IMG/VR virus record: IMGVR_UViG_3300042566_000075 | Coordinates: 1 to 61,397 of that record | DNA length: 61,397 nt | Origin: a virus | Taxonomy: Duplodnaviria; Caudoviricetes | Direction: 5' to 3' (one strand) | Shown: piece by piece, positions 61,213-61,397 of the stretch | Numbering within the stretch: position 1 is the stretch's first letter | How the letters are laid out: each line of letters starts with the position of its first letter | The notes under the pieces: generated by a model | What the model saw: the letters and a program-made list of their open reading frames with translations, nothing else | Told to the model about the DNA's origin: nothing | Databases searched by the model: none | Position numbers and translations under genes: made by a program

Positions 61213-61397
61213 ATGCAAATCGTTGATAATCGTGCATTGGTCCTGACGACCAGTGACCCAAGCCTAATAACTAAGAGCATACCTAAAAGCGTAATCATCG
61301 AAACCGGCGAAGTGGCCGTCAAGTGGGGGCTAAAAGAAGCCCAGACGCTGGCGTCCCTTGGCTTTGCCGATGTCCCATCACCTATTAAGCGCGACTA
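61213..61397 (+). CDS. SNF2 helicase, 5' part (continues through the terminal overlap into 1-1493)
   Basis: ATG 61213 with GGTGG RBS. MQIVDNRALVLTTSDPSLITKSIPKSVIIETGEVAVKW is in frame with the 42..1493 ORF. Confidence 0.9.
   Translation, partial: MQIVDNRALVLTTSDPSLITKSIPKSVIIETGEVAVKWGLKEAQTLASLGFADVPSPIKRD
61271..61397. repeat. second copy of the 127-bp terminal duplication
   Basis: Identical to 1-127. Confidence 0.95.

Noticed and set aside
1-61397. Integrase, CI-type repressor with peptidase domain, tRNA or rRNA genes
   Set aside because: No tyrosine/serine recombinase motifs, no S24 peptidase-HTH fusion and no RNA gene signatures were seen by eye.

Overview
The window is an apparently complete, circularly assembled tailed-phage genome of about 61,270 bp. 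Bases 1-127 are identical to 61271-61397, and the SNF2 helicase gene runs across the join. The layout is podovirus-like. The plus strand carries an early block (45.7-53.8 kb: small proteins, MoxR-type AAA, HExxH/VWA partner, DUF3150-like protein, BrnA-like ribbon-helix-helix). It then carries a replication block (53.9 kb, through the join, to 6.2 kb: VRR-NUC, family A DNA polymerase, GcrA-like HTH, glycosyltransferase, Cas4/RecB-like nuclease, SNF2 helicase, SSB-like protein, HTH, primase-helicase). The minus strand carries the late block (45.2 to 6.3 kb: terminases, portal, GroES, scaffold, capsid, small basic proteins, adaptors, several fibres, GH19 lysis cassette, nozzle, ejection proteins, 2075-aa polyvalent protein). 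I recognised no integrase, tRNA, CRISPR array or reverse transcriptase. An alphaproteobacterial host is inferred from the GcrA-like gene and GAAC-N7-GAAC boxes. The most striking signals are non-coding. (1) Two separate hairpin-plus-terminator units (6225-6294 and 53803-53863) display a (UU)UGCUCC(U) sequence complementary to an extended Shine-Dalgarno, AGGAGCAAA. That RBS is shared by about nine early/middle genes but by none of the late-gene RBSs I read, suggesting a phage anti-RBS small-RNA shut-off system. (2) Nineteen copies of the palindrome CTAAC-N3-GTTAG are confined to the early region, including inside genes. (3) Inverted GTAAG/CTTAC iterons flank an AT-rich core, a probable origin. 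(4) A doubly pseudoknotted leader lies downstream of the capsid gene. (5) GAWTC appears to be absent while GASTC is common. All counts were made by eye and all protein families were assigned from motifs, without database searches.
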